NCBI RefSeq assembly: GCF_028641065.1
Contig: NC_073379.1
Coordinates: 81,034,001-81,098,000 of the forward strand
Length of the DNA: 64,000 bases
Reading direction: 5' to 3'
From: Leucoraja erinacea
Lineage: Eukaryota
Shown here: positions 49,518 to 62,314 of the stretch, one piece after another
Position numbering within the stretch: position 1 is the first letter of the stretch
How the letters are laid out: every line of letters starts with the position of its first letter
Notes under the pieces: model-generated
What the model was told of the DNA's origin: nothing
The model's database searches: none
Seen by the model: only the letters and a program-made list of their open reading frames with translations
Position numbers and translations under genes: made by a program

Positions 49518-49790
49518 AGCATAGAACAGAGAACTGTGCAGCACAGGACCAGGTCCTTCAGCCAACCATGTCTGTGCGACCATGATGCCAATTTAAACTT
49601 CCTACATGAGGTCCACATCCCTATTTTTTAATTTGTCTGTCTAAATGCTCCTAAATGTTGCTATTGTATGTCCTTTTGCCATCTATGTATCTCTTAAATG
49701 TTGCTATTGTACGTACTTCTATCATCTATGTGCTTCTTAAATGTTGCTAAATCTGCTTTTACCATCTCCCCTGGCAGCACCATCTAACAT
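49518..49790 (-). mobile_element. CR1 tail fragment with local tandem duplications
   Basis: Reverse CR1 3' UTR; taaatgttgcta repeated three times at about 43-bp spacing. Confidence 0.6.
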
Positions 49791-49859
49791 GTACATTTCA
49801 TGCTGCCTTGGAAAAGCAGCCAACATAATCAAAGACTTGTCCCACTCTGGTCATTCCTA

Positions 49860-52800
49860 ATTCTGTGTCTGTCTCTGCTCCGACGGCTGAGAGGTTTTGA
49901 AGCAACCTTTCAAGGCTTTTTGTCGGAGGAAGAGGGAAGAGGGACAGAGGCAGTGAGATTTCAAAGTTTGACTTAACGTTGGATTGCAGAAACTTTACTT
50001 TGTTAAAGGATTTCTCCATGTAGTGAGGAGTTCCAGCGTTCTTCTGGAGTGCCGTGGGAGCGGCTGTGGCTGGTGGATTGCCAAGAGTGCCTGGAGACCA
50101 GGAATAGGAAAGTGGTGGGGTGTTTATGTCATTTCTAGCACCGTAAACGTGCTCTCATACAGTTTTGCCCAGAGCAGACAGCCTAGGCTGAATGAAGAGA
50201 AGGTACCTTTCGCTTCCAGCAGTTTCCAGAGATTCGGAAGGGCTGTGAAAAGCCTCCTAAGAGCTGCTCTCGGCAGTGAAGTTGAGCACAGGAATTTCCT
50301 TGCTCATCTGGAAAGAACTGCTTCTGTTGCTTTTTTGGACTGAGACTGACTGAGATTGCTCTTTGAGCTGGGACCGCTGGTGTGTCTGTTGCTAGTTTGT
50401 AACCCTGTCAGGATGGCAGCGGCTCGGCCTCGGGCTCGGAGCTATGCAGCTGCAGTTTCGTCTGCGGCTTTGGGGTCAATCGAGGATGAGCCTTATGTTG
50501 ACTTGGATTGGAACAAACACGGGGTCTCAGTCCAAACCGGGTAGACTAGGGATGCAATAAAAAAGGGTCTGCATGATCTTTTCAAGAAGGATGTGATTGC
50601 CTCTGCCGAGGTTGCAGGGGGGAAGTGTGAGATTATATTAAAGTTTCAGGAGGATGTGGCCTGAGTTCTGCGGAAGAGGCTCACACTGAGGGAGATCTTT
50701 GTGCTGATGGAACCGTTTGTGTCCACCGTGAGTCCGGTTCTCCTGCGTTGCGTTCCCACGTTCATCCGGGATGTGCTCCTTCGTCCACACCTGGCAAAGG
50801 ATTGGGGAGGTGCGGTCCTGGTTGACTAGGCTTATGCAGCCCTGGAGCGACCTGTGTCTTAAAGGGATCCTGAGTTTCAAGAGGCGGTTGTTCATGAAGG
50901 TGGGAATGGGATCGATCGCGGAGGGAAGCTTCATTGTGGAACATAGAGGCCCCCTATGACATGCGTTGGAGTTGGGGAGAGGCACGGTGTATTGCGTGTA
51001 AGGAGTTTGGACATTTCTGCAGTGATTGTCCCATTCGCTGAGCTGATGCGAGAAATCCAAATGCAGCGGCCCAGGAATGCACTGCTGGCCCATCCGTGGC
51101 TGCCAGTTCCACCTCGGTGACCCGGGACAGCACTGATGACCCATCTGGGGCTGCCAGCTCCATCAGTGCTGTTCTCTGCCCCCCACATCCTGAACCTATG
51201 GCTGTGATTGAAGGCGAGGTGCAGGGGAAGGGTGAGGGTGAGGAGGGGGAATGGCAGGTGCAGGGGCAGAAAAGGGAACAGGAAGAATAAACACCACCAA
51301 GCAAGTCATGCGCAAGGCCCAGACCTGAGCCCACACAAAGGGTGTGTGGACAGGTCCAGGAGGCACCTGGCGAGATTCAGCAAGGAGCTGGGGAGGTTCA
51401 GATGGGGGCAGGGAAGGTTCAGAAGGGAGCTGGGGTGGTTGAACGTGGGTGGAAGAATGTAGCTGGTAGTGTGGAGGTGAAGGTGGAGGACCGTTCCTTC
51501 ATGGAGGTTACCATACCGCCACACACCAGCGGGACTAAAAGGAGGCGTGGGCCCGGTGAGGGTGAGCAAGGCCCAGGGGCCAAAGTCAGGGTGCAGTCTA
51601 CTTCGGGACCTTCCACCCTGGTCGAGGCCAGTGACCCAGGACTAGTGTCCTCAAGGTCGGAGGTTGTCCCTTCATTTCAAGGGTCTTTCAAGGGTGTTAT
51701 CGCACCAGTTATTGGGGTTGGCACCCCTGGAAATGTGTCCCCTGGGACGGAGGATGAGCCGAGACAATTCAAAGGGGGAGTCTCAGGAGTAGTGGCAGTT
51801 TCTCAGCTTGTGCTCCTCATTAGAGCCACAAGCGTTGTTGAGCGGTGTGCTGCACCAGCGCTGAGGCAGTAGGGGAGACTCCAGAAACACTGCCTCCTTC
51901 TGTGGGCCATAGTGAGGTTTCTCCCCTGGAGGCAGAGGCTGGAGACTCTCTGGGTGATGCTGTTGGAGTGGGTACGCTGGGTGCGGAGGGGGCCGCGGCT
52001 GTTTTGGGTCGTGCCTGTGCACTGTGGACCCTGGAGGCGTCTCTTATTTTTTCTTCCCCAGGCCCAGATGTAGGGGGTGGTTGGAGAGTGCAGGAGCCTG
52101 GCTTCTAACCGGATGGTTCATCATTGTCAGAGGTATCGGGGCCTTCCTCGACATTGATCCCGGGGGTAGGAACATGCTGGAGGAAGGTAGTGTGATGTAG
52201 CCAGTTTGTGCGGTGGGGTGAGTGAGCTGGCAGCTCGACATAGATTACAAGACCTACACCAAATCCAAACCAATTAGGAGCAGACGAGGGCATTCAATCC
52301 AATTTGTGATCCCAGCTACAAAGACAGATGTGTACAGCAATTCGTTCTTCCCACGCACAATTAAAGCATGGAATAATCTCCACCCCACTATAGTTACTCA
52401 AGCAGATGCAACTAAATTTAAAGTAGTTCTTTCTTCCCAATAACCCTTTCTGGCTTAAATCCTCCCTCCACCACCTCCAGTTTAAATTCCATTTGGAATA
52501 TTTTGGAGGACCAAGAAACCAAGAACCAAGACTAGCTGCAGTCCTCCGAACTCAGACGATGACCCTGAGCATAGTGAGGAGGAAGTTGTTGCTTCAGGTG
52601 TTAGTGGGTTGGCGGATTTGCCCGGATTCCAGTGCTGTGTCTCGAAGGACTGATATCTTGGAGATTTGGCAGTTTCTGAAAACATGCATGTGTCCTAGAA
52701 CCAGATTTGAGTCAGCTGGAAGACAGTGGCCTGACCTACCGGGACTTATCAGGTCACTCGGTACTATCCTTGGCAGTAAAGAGAGTTGTCTTCCCGTGTC

Positions 52801-53838
52801 TGAGAAGCATCAGTTCGGGGACTTTTTGAAGCTCCTAAGGGAGAGGGCCCCCGCTCCCGTGAGGAGTGTGTGCGAAAAACCCTAGACATGAAGATCACAG
52901 TTGCTAGCCTAAACATAAATGGTGTAAGGGGGAACCTTCGTAGATTTCATCATCTATCAGTCCTCAGAGAGGGGAAACATGCAGTGAGTTTTCTGTAAGA
53001 GACGCATACTGTGGTAAGTGATCAACCCACCTGGTTACTGGAGTGGGAAGGGGAGGTCTACATGAGCCACCTTGGCACTAATTCGAGTAGGGTGGCTTTC
53101 CTGTTGGCCCCGACTTTCCCGCTAGCGATCCTGATGGTGCAGGAAGTTGTGCCGGGCCGTTAGTTGTATCCGGCCGTGAGCCTGGATGGCATGCTGTTAC
53201 ATTTCATTAACGTGTACGCCCCCAGCACCAGCAAGATGCAGGCATGCCTACTTCAGGAGATTGATTGTGGGGAATGTGTCTTCCTTGGGAGGGACTTCAA
53301 TTGCACCCTTGAGGTACGAGATCGTTCTGGTGCTCACTGTGCTCCTCTCATGGAATAGGGCAGTCGTTGTCCTGCTGCCCAAGAAGGGCGAACTCTGCCT
53401 GTTGAAGAACTGGCGCCCAATCTCTCTACTCTGTACAGAGCATTAAGTTTTTGCATGAACAATGGCAAATTGCTTGGGCTCCGTGCTGTCCCAACTGATC
53501 CACCTGGACAAGTCCCATACAGTGCCTGGTCAGTCCATTCAGGATAACATCCACCTGGTTAGGGACCTGATTCATCTATCTCACGGATCTGGTCAGTCAG
53601 CTGCTTTTCTGTCCCTTGATCAGGAGAAGGCTTTTGACAGGGTAGATCATGACTACCTTTTCAGGACGCTGCAAGCATTCGGGTTTGGACCGCATTTCGT
53701 GGCCCATTTCTGGCTTTGGTAGGTTACAGCGGAGTGTCTCCTGAAGGTTAATGGTGTGTTGTTCACTCCCTTTCACTTTGGGAGGGAGGTACGCCAGGGG
53801 TGCTCCATGTCTGGTCAGTTGTACTCAGTCTGTGTGGA
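49860..53838 (+). mobile_element. Tx1-clade LINE (5' UTR, ORF1, ORF2 with internal deletion, 3'-truncated)
   Basis: ORF1 MAAARPRARSYAAAV (50413) and zinc knuckle CIACKEFGHFCSDC (50988-51029); ORF2 MKITVASLNING (52888), NVYAP, DFNCT, LLPKKG..NWRPISLL, SLDQEKAFDRV, VRQGCSMS. Confidence 0.85.
52228..52531 (+). mobile_element. Short 3' fragment of an SFFPRT-type CR1-group LINE nested in the Tx1 element
   Basis: RGHSIQF..YSNSFFPRTIKAWNNL; (AACCAAG)n tail. Confidence 0.7.
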
Positions 53839-53965
53839 CAATAGGTGTAGGAGTAGGTCATTTGTCCCTTCGAGTCAGCACCACCATTCACTGTGATCAT
53901 GGCTGATCATCCACATTCAGAATCCCCTTCCTGCCTTCTCCCCATATCCCCTGACTCCATAATCC
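53838..53965 (-). mobile_element. CR1 3' UTR fragment
   Basis: Reverse of the CR1 tail (gatcatggctgatcatcc..cctgccttctccccata). Confidence 0.7.
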
Positions 53966-54292
53966 GCAGCCTGCCATTAGCAGTAACTTTCTCCGCATCT
54001 TCATTGTCTTCTACATACATATCCTGTCAGGTGGTGAGAGAGCCAGAATAAGATTACTGAAATAACATTGAGTGTTCAGCTAAGCTTCATCCCCCAGCTT
54101 AGCTGGCTGTCAAAGTTGACAAAACCTATTCAATGTGGAATGTTTCTGACATTCAATTGCTATTCATCACTACCTCTAATTCGATGTCATTGTGGTATTA
54201 TCGGCAATTTTGTAGATGGCATTGGAGCCAGGCTTAGCGTAAAGACAGTTGAGCAAGGAGCTAAGCACACAACCTTGCAGTACACTTGCAGA

Positions 54293-54625
54293 AGATAGAC
54301 ACAAAATGCTGGAGTAACTCAGCGGGTCAGGTCAGGCAGCATCTCTGGAGAGAAGGAATGGGTGATGTTTTGGGTCGAGACCTTTCTCCAGAGTTTGGAA
54401 CCAACCCAGCTTGCAGTGCACCTGTGTTTGGTCTGTGAGGAGGTGTTACCGATCTACACTGATTGACGTCTGCTCATGAGGAACTCTAGCAAAGTGCTGG
54501 AGAATCTCAGCAGGCCAGACAGCATATGTGGAGGGAAAATGGACTGATGATATTTTGTTTGGGAGCCTTCTTCAGTTTCACTTCACTGATGCTGTCTGGT
54601 CTGCTAAGTTCCTCCAGCACTTTGT
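54293..54625. mobile_element. Two Penelope-derived terminal repeat fragments within an old LINE remnant
   Basis: gacacaaaatgctggagtaactcagcgggtcag at 54298; fold-back copy at 54490-54625. Confidence 0.65.
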
Positions 54626-54926
54626 TTATTTAAATTGAAACAGAAGACTAGAATGATGGAGTATCAATACCAGAAGAACATATGATGTTTAGAAAAGGAT
54701 ACAGCAGTGTGTCTTAAGCTTAATTTGAATTGTGTTAGACCAGTGCAGGAACCCAGAGACATGAAGAACTGGAGTGGGGGCAGTCGAGTGGAAATGGACA
54801 TTTAAAGTTTCAGGCAACCAGAATCCCAGGGATGTACAGAGATGACTGCAGAGCAGTCAACCAAAATGTGCTTAATTTCGCCAACGTAGAGAAGACCACA
54901 TCATGAGCATTGACTGCAGTATTGAA

Positions 54927-55352
54927 TGGCGCAGCGGTAGAGTTGCTGCCTTACGGTGCCAGAGACCAAAATGGACTATCAGACTCTAGTGAATATTTTG
55001 TATCTTCGTCAATGCCAGATACTATTTGCGTAGTTTGTGTATTGCATGGAAAAACAAAGAATTTCACTGCACCTAGGTACTTGTCACAATAAAGTATCAT
55101 TGAATTATTGAATTGATCTCCCTGTGGAGTTTGCATGTTCTCTTTGTCACAGCATGGGCTTCCTGTCGGTATTCAAGTGTCCTACCAAATACCAAAGAAG
55201 TGCAGGTAGGTAGATTAATTCACTGTAAAGTGACCCTTAGTGTCTGGGTGGGGGAATGTGAGAGAGGTTTAAAGAGAAAGTGTGAAGAATAACAAATTAG
55301 ATTAATTTAGGATCAGTATCAATGGGTATTTTCAGTGCTGTATCCCTCTGTG
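54927..55352 (+). mobile_element. V-SINE interrupted by a LINE tail
   Basis: SINE head 54927-54968, LINE tail to about 55115, V-domain resumes at about 55120. Confidence 0.6.
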
Positions 55353-55653
55353 ACTAAAAGGTAATTGACCCCAAATCCTCTCTCCCTGTACACTGCCTGA
55401 CATACTGAATATACTTTCAGCATTTTCTGTTTTCATACCAAAGTGTAGAAACCTATTTGGCAGCCTAGAAAGTACAGACTTGCATTGAAGTATCTGCTAT
55501 GAATTTTCATATAAATGCCACTATGAAATTGGATTTGTACTTATATATTCAAGACTTGATTTTAAACTCCAATTGAAGAGAATTGTTCTTTTTTGTTGTT
55601 TTCGCTCAGCAGATTTTCTGTGGCATTTTTATTTTCATCCACTCCCTAACTAG

Positions 55654-55734
55654 TACGTGAAAGGTTTACCTTTGAGGACGATGAAATAATGAGGATGAGA
55701 TGTGTTTGCAGAGCCATTTATTTTAGGGTGAAAG
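55654..55734 (+). CDS. Candidate 81-nt coding exon (RERFTFEDDEIMRMRCVCRAIYFRVK), phase 1-1
   Basis: Pyrimidine-rich tract plus tag acceptor; consensus donor AAG|gtgagt; symmetric open frame. Confidence 0.4.
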
Positions 55735-56019
55735 GTGAGTTAGATACTTAAAGATTTCATGGTGTTACACTGATTTGCTGTGATACGTATCAGTTCTTCT
55801 TGATCCCTAGATACTGGTCGGATTTGCATAGTGCCTGAGATAAGCAGAAGTTAGGTTCTCCGTAAATCGATTGGAAACCATTATTAATAGCTGTCAAGTA
55901 AAGAGTTCAGAAAAAAATAAATTTTGAAAACTTGTGGAGTAGAAATGAGTTTAAGATTTAAGAAGAATGAATAAACTTTTGGATTGAATTTTTACTTCTC
56001 CTTACCTGGAACTTCAAAG

Positions 56020-56189
56020 ACGTTGCCAAGGTGTCGTGCGATCCCTGTGGCAGAACAAGACTCACAAGGGACCGTTACAAAAATATGCCATCTGTGACAC
56101 AGCCAATTTCATCACAAAAATTACTTTCGAATAAACGCAATCTGAAAGAACTGACAAAAAGCCCTAAAGGGGGAACTGTGTCACCTTGA
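56020..56189 (+). CDS. Candidate terminal exon (DVAKVSCDPCG...GGTVSP*), phase 1
   Basis: Pyrimidine tract then aag acceptor; phase-compatible with the 55734 donor; competing minus-strand splice signals present. Confidence 0.2.
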
Positions 56190-56692
56190 AACATCGGCAG
56201 CAGATGTGATTTCTGCAGACAGAAAACTTCAAAAGTCCCACCTGATGGCACCACAATGGCGATCAATACAAGCAAAATCTTAAGCCACAAAGTAATTTCC
56301 TCATTATTATTGTGTTTAAGTATATAAGAATAGAAATATTCCTATTTGACATTGGCAGAAGCACAGAATCGAGCCCAATTCTTTATCGTCACTTTGACAA
56401 GGAAACACTCTTGAATTTCTTATTCGGCCTGGTTTTCTTACCACATTGGGTGAAAAGCCAGACAATTAGAGCCTAAGCTGCCTGGTTGATCAAAGACAGA
56501 GAAAGTGCAAAATAAATTGGGGAAAATAGTGTATTGCAAATATCCGGTTGAAAGTGCATGTGCGTAGTGATTACAGAAAATTCAGACAGGAAATAAAAAA
56601 TGAAATAAGAGACAAAAAAATTATTGTAGGAAAAAGATGAATGCCTAACAGAAAAGGGAGCCCAACATTTTTTCGCAGGAATCATAATAATA

Positions 56693-56990
56693 AGCAGCAC
56701 AGTGATGCAGTGGTAGAGTAGCTGCTTCACAGCGCTAGAAGTTCAATCCTGACTCTGGGTGCTGTCTGTAGGGAGTTTGTACGTTCTCCCTGTGACTGTG
56801 TGGGTTTCCTTCGGGTGCTCCCGTTTCCTCCCACATCCCAAAGACATGCAGGTTTGCAGGTTAATTGACTTTTGTAAATTGTCCCTAGTGTATGGTGTGG
56901 AACTAGTGTATGTGTGCTCGCTGGTCACCGTGGACTTGGAGGGATGAAGTTTTGGTTTCCACTCTGTATCTTTAAACTAAACTAAACTAA
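56693..56990 (+). mobile_element. V-SINE (HE1-like)
   Basis: tRNA-like head, V-domain, (TAAAC)n tail. Confidence 0.85.
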
Positions 56991-57220
56991 ATCAGCATAT
57001 TATGATAAGAGGTTATGGCTGATCAGGTACCAAAACGGACTACTAAAGGAAGCAGGAGGCATGACTGTGGTACTGAGTGAGGACATCAGTCTTCAACAAG
57101 GAAGAAGATATAGCTGGAGTCTTACTTTATAAAGAAGTTTGGTGAGGTACAAGATGAATTAGAAAAAGAAGATGTACTAGAAAGGCATTCAAGTTATATT
57201 TCCCAGGCAAAATATGTACA

Positions 57221-58257
57221 GGGCAGCACAGTGGTGCAGCAGTAGAGTTGCTGTCTTACAGCGCTTGCTGCGCTGGAGACTGGGTTCGATCCTGAGTATG
57301 TGCTGTCTGTATGGAGTTTGTACATTCTCCCCGTGACCTGCGTGGGTTTTCTCTGAGATCTTCAGTTTCCTCCCACACTCCAAAGACATACAAGTAGGTT
57401 AACTGACAGTATCAGTGTAAATTATCCGTAGTGTGTGTAGGGTAGCGTTAATGTACGTGGATTGGTGGTTAGGGGAGATGCAACGAGACCTGGGTGTCAT
57501 GGTACACCAGTCATTGAACGTAGGAATGCAGGTGCAGCAGGCAGTGAAGAAAGCAAATGGTATGTTAGCATTCATAGCAAAAGGATTTTTGTATAAGAGC
57601 AGGGAGGTTCTACTGCAGTTGTACAGGGTGAGGCCACACCTGGAGTATTGAGTACAGTTTTGGTCTCCTAATCTGAGGAAAGGCATTCTTGCCATAGAGG
57701 GAGTACAGAGAAGGTTCACCAGACGGATTCCTGGGATGACAGGACTTTCATATGAAGAAAGACTGGATAGACTTGGCTTGTATACGCTAGAATTTAGTAG
57801 ATTGAGGGAGGATCTTATAGAAACTTTTAATTCATAAGGGGTTGAACAGGCTAGATGCAGGAAGATTATTCCCGATGTTGGGGAAGTCCAGAACTAGGGG
57901 TCACAATTTAAGGATAAGGGGGAAGTCTTTTTGGACCGAGATGAGAAAATCATTTTTTACACAGAGAGTGGTGAATCTCTGGAATTCACTGCCACAGAAG
58001 GTAGTTGAGGCCAGTTCATTGGCTATATTTAAGAGGGAGTTAGATGTGGCCCTTGTGGCTAAAGGGATCAGGGGGTATGGTGAGAAGGCAGGGATGGGAT
58101 ACTGAGTTGGATGATCAGCCATGATCAAATTGAATGGCGGTGCAAGCTCGAAGGGCCGAATGGCCTACTCCTGCACCTATTTTCTATGTTTCTATGTCAG
58201 CGCGGACTCGGTGGGCCAAAGGGCCTGTTTCCGCACTGTATCTCTAAACTAAACTGA
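57221..58257 (+). mobile_element. V-SINE split by a CR1 insertion
   Basis: SINE 57221-57468; tail resumes at 58197-58257. Confidence 0.8.
57470..58196 (+). mobile_element. 5'-truncated CR1 LINE
   Basis: QRDLGV, RPHLEY, SRTRGH, VVNLWNSLP; (TTTCTATG)n tail. Confidence 0.9.
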
Positions 58258-58439
58258 AATAGATGAATGCTAGGAAAGTCAGGATGGAAATAGTTGGGGC
58301 GTTGATTATAATCTTCAAACCAAATTGTAAACTGATGCATGAGAAATAGAGAAATGCAAATATTACACCATTGCTCAAAAGTGCTTATTAAGATCCTATT
58401 AGGATAACGCCTGGGAATATAGGCCAGTCTTCTTAATTT

Positions 58440-59950
58440 TAATGGCAAGAAAAATTTAGAAATATTAATCAGGACCAGAATTAGCAGTCATTTGGAAAGT
58501 GTGGACTGATTGAGGTTAATTAATGAGCCAAGAGTATTTAATGAAGTAACAGAGAGAAACAATAAAGGAAATGCTGTTGATGTGGTGTACATGCAATTTC
58601 AAAAGGAATTAGATAATGTTTTGCCTACCAAGTTTGTTATCAAGTTTGAAGTTAATGGAATAAAAAGAAATGTAACAAACTTCTATAAAGAAGCAGAGTA
58701 GTTGTTTATTGAACTGGAGGGGTATGTGCGGTTGTTTTCCTCAAAGATTTGTACGAAGACATTTTCTTTTCGCTGTGCATAAACATTTATATTAAAGACT
58801 TGGACTTGGGTTTACAGGGCATGATTCCTGAAGCTGCAGATGATACAAAACTTGAGTAGTGAACTGTGAAGAGAGCAATTACAGAATATGAGGACTTGGA
58901 TAGGATAGTTTAATGGACAACCATGTAACAAATGAAATTTAACCTAATGATGTTTTCAGTGATGTATCAAAGGAAGAATGAGGAGAGTCAATATAAACTA
59001 AATGGCGACAGATATATTGGACATGGGAGCAGGAAGATCAGGAGATATATGTACGTACATTCATCATCTCAAGTGAGAGAGCAGGTTAAGAAAGTGGGTG
59101 TACAGCATATGAGATTTATGTGTAGAGGCATATAATACAAGAACAAGAAAACATAGGATTGCTGACAATGTTTACAATGGGCCATTATTTGAATTACTAC
59201 CAGCTGTGTAAGGGTCCTGACCATGGTCTTCTGATAAATATCAAAAGATCAGAATTCCTTAGTCTGGGTTGAAATATTTTTATTTGAGGTTAAATGATTA
59301 CAGTAACCTTGATTAGCAACTGGCAGAAGGATACATATTTTTCCCCTCTGCTTCTTCTTGCTATGATTTCAATCCTGTGTCTGCTCATGACCACCTAGAA
59401 GTCAACAATTTGATCTTTAATTTTCATATGACTTCTGGTCATCCGATAAGGCCACTTTTCCCCTCTGCAGCTTCCATGGATAATGAAGGACCTCAAGGAT
59501 AATGTTAAATTGAACAAGAGGCAACAGCTAAAAGTATGCTAGAGAACTAGGAAGTTATTAGGGTCCAGCAGTGAAAGACTAAAATATCAGGGGTGAAATT
59601 AAATTCTGAGAGGAAGTTTGTAACAAAATATGCAGTAAAAGTTTCTATAGACATGTATAGGTGTCTGAAGTTGGTGTGGGACATCTAGAAACGGGAAAGT
59701 GAATTATGATAAGAAACAAAGAAATCGAAGATAGGTAATTTTCTTGCATCAGTTTTCACTGCGGAGGCATTGTATATATCCCTCAGAAAAAAACCTGTAA
59801 CAATTTAAATCAAAAGGGAGAAGTATTAGAGAAACTCATGGGGCTAAAGACAAATCATTGTAACCTTAGGGCTTGCATCCAAGGGTTCTAAAGGAAGTGA
59901 CGGTAGAGATGATGGACCCCTTGGTTGAATATTTTCAGAAGTTGCTAAAT
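58440..59950 (+). mobile_element. Old CR1 ORF2 fragments
   Basis: VDVVYMQFQKE, AADDTKL, QMKFN, HPRVLKEV motifs. Confidence 0.6.
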
Positions 59951-59974
59951 CCTTGTTTCTGTGGTCTGAGGACA

Positions 59975-61195
59975 TCTATTGTATTAGTGTCCATGAAGAG
60001 CATGGTGACCAACCTGGATGACAAGCATCCTTGCTCCTGGAGGCTGCGTGCTTAGACCCCACCTGACTCTCTTTACACCCATGACTGTGCGTTGACACAT
60101 AGGTCTAATGCCATCTCTAACTTTGCCGATGACACCACTGGTGTTGGGGAATCATGGGTGGTGATGAGCTAGCATACTGGAGAGAGGCAGTACACCTGGT
60201 TGAGCAGTGCACCAGCATTATCCTCTTGCTTCACATCAGATAAAAATAAGGAACTAATTGAGTTCAGGAAGGAGACGTTTGGAGAGCACTGCTAGTTTTC
60301 ATTGGTGTGTTGGCAGTGGAGAGATGTTAGCAGTATCACATTCCTGGGCATTAATATATGGGATGATCTCGCCTGAGCCCAACACATGGATATAATCATG
60401 AAGAAAGCGTGCCAATGTCTCTACTTTCTGAAAAGTTCAAAAGAGATTTGGCATGTTAGTGAATACTTTCACAAACCTCTACCAATGAACAGTAAAAAGT
60501 ATCATGACTGGTAGATTCTTGGCCTGAAATGACAATTGCAACACAGAACGCAAAAATCTGCAGAGCATGGTCAGCCCTGTTCCTTCACAGGCACAGCCCA
60601 ACCCACCATCAAATGCATCTACATGAGATGTTGCCTCAAGAAGGTGGCGTTTAGCTTCAAGGATCACCACCACCCAGGTAAGACCCTATTCTCACTCCTA
60701 CTATTGGCGAAGGCCTGAAGTCCCACACCTCCAGTCACTTTCCTACAACTATTAGGTTCTTAAACTGACCTGCACTATCCTAATCCTGCCTCAGCAATGC
60801 AAACACCATGGACCCCCACCACTTTCATTATGTAGACACAAGGAATTGTAGATGCTGTTTCAACGGGTCAGGTAGCATTTCTGGATTAGTCTGAAGAAGG
60901 GCCCCGAACCGAAACATAGCCTATTCATGTTATCCAGAGATGCTGCCTGACCTGCTGAGGCACTCCAGCACTTTGTGACCTCTTTCACTACTATGGACAG
61001 ACCATGGACCATCTGATTGTGTATTTTGCGATCCATTTCTTTTTACTGCCTTGCAGAATATTCAGTATGTGCAACTTTGGCATAGTTCATGTTTTTGTGT
61101 GTTGACTGTGTCTATCTGCTGGTGATGCAGCAGCAAACACCATTTCCATTATGCCTGTACCTTACCATAGTGCATAAAACAATAAACTCAACTTG
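59975..61195 (+). mobile_element. Old Rex1-type LINE 3' part with a nested Penelope-derived repeat (60830-60980)
   Basis: THDC..NFADDTT, FLGINI.DDL, CLKKVA..KDHHHP; tail ending aataaactcaact. Confidence 0.7.
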
Positions 61196-61199
61196 AGGT

Positions 61200-61505
61200 A
61201 TAGATGCATAGAATAGATGCATAGTAATACAGCGTGGAAACAGGCCCTTCAATCCAACTTACCCACACCGACCAACATGTCCTATCTATACTTGTCCCAC
61301 CTGCTTGCATTTGGCCCATATCTCTCTACACCTATCCTGTCCATGTACCTATTTAAATGCTTCTTAAACGTTGCAATAGTACCTGCCTCAATTACCATCT
61401 CCTGTACACGTTCCCTACACCCACCATCCTTTATGTAAAAAAGTCGCCCATCATGTTCCTATTATCTTTCCCCCCTCACCTTAAACTTATGTCCTTTGGT
61501 TCTCA
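61200..61505 (-). mobile_element. CR1 3' fragment
   Basis: Reverse CR1 3' end homologous to 38820-39120. Confidence 0.7.
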
Positions 61506-62019
61506 ATTTGAGTTTGCTTGGGATTTGGACTATGCTGCATAAGTAGAGGCGGATTCAACTATAGCACTTAAAGGGTTCAACTATAGCACTTAAATGTTCT
61601 ATCCCTCAGGTCATAAGGAGACATCCAATTTTGTTGATACTAGGTTCCAAGAAAAAAATGGTACCATAAAAATAAAGCAATATGAACAGAACATTTTGTA
61701 AATATTCAGCAGGTTAGAATCAACATTGAAGAGGGAAATAGGTATACATTTCATGATGATCTTTCATTCGAACTGGAAAAAGATTTTATTATTGTTTGTC
61801 TGTTTTACCATTTGTTTGATTTTCTGTGGTGCTTTATGTGACACAGTGAGTTATTTCAAATATGGTATGTACATACAATATCAAAGAAAGTGTTACATTT
61901 ATGTGGTACATTCCACCTCCTGAGGTCATTACAAAGTATTTTTCAGACAGTGGAATACTTTTGAAGTGTAATCACATCATTTATTACAATAATTTTCCAG
62001 CTTCAACAATGGAAATCAT

Positions 62020-62305
62020 TGAGTCATAATTATACAGCACGGAAACAGACCCTTTGATGCAACTTGTCCACGCCAACCAAAATGCCCCATCTATGCATCT
62101 CACCTGGGCCCGTTTGGCTCATATCCCTCAACCTTTTCCATCTATGTATCTGTCCAAATACCTTTTAAATGTTGTTATAGTGCCTCAACTATCTCCTTTG
62201 GCAGCTCATTCCATACACTTACCACCTTCTGTGGAAAAAGGGTGCCCTTCGGGTTTCTATTAAATCTTTCACTTCTCACCTGTAACCTATGTCCTTTGGT
62301 TCTCT
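62020..62305 (-). mobile_element. CR1 3' fragment
   Basis: Reverse CR1 3' end. Confidence 0.7.
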
Positions 62306-62314
62306 ATAGACTTT

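Noticed and set aside
55654-55734. Cyclin Y-like gene (RCVCRAIYFRVK resembles KCVALAIYYHIK)
   Set aside because: Match is about 12 residues and no cyclin-box exons were seen nearby; insufficient for a name
56075-56290. Secreted peptide (MWLKILLVLIAIVV..)
   Set aside because: The ORF starts at a non-ATG codon and the hydrophobic run is expected from T-rich antisense sequence
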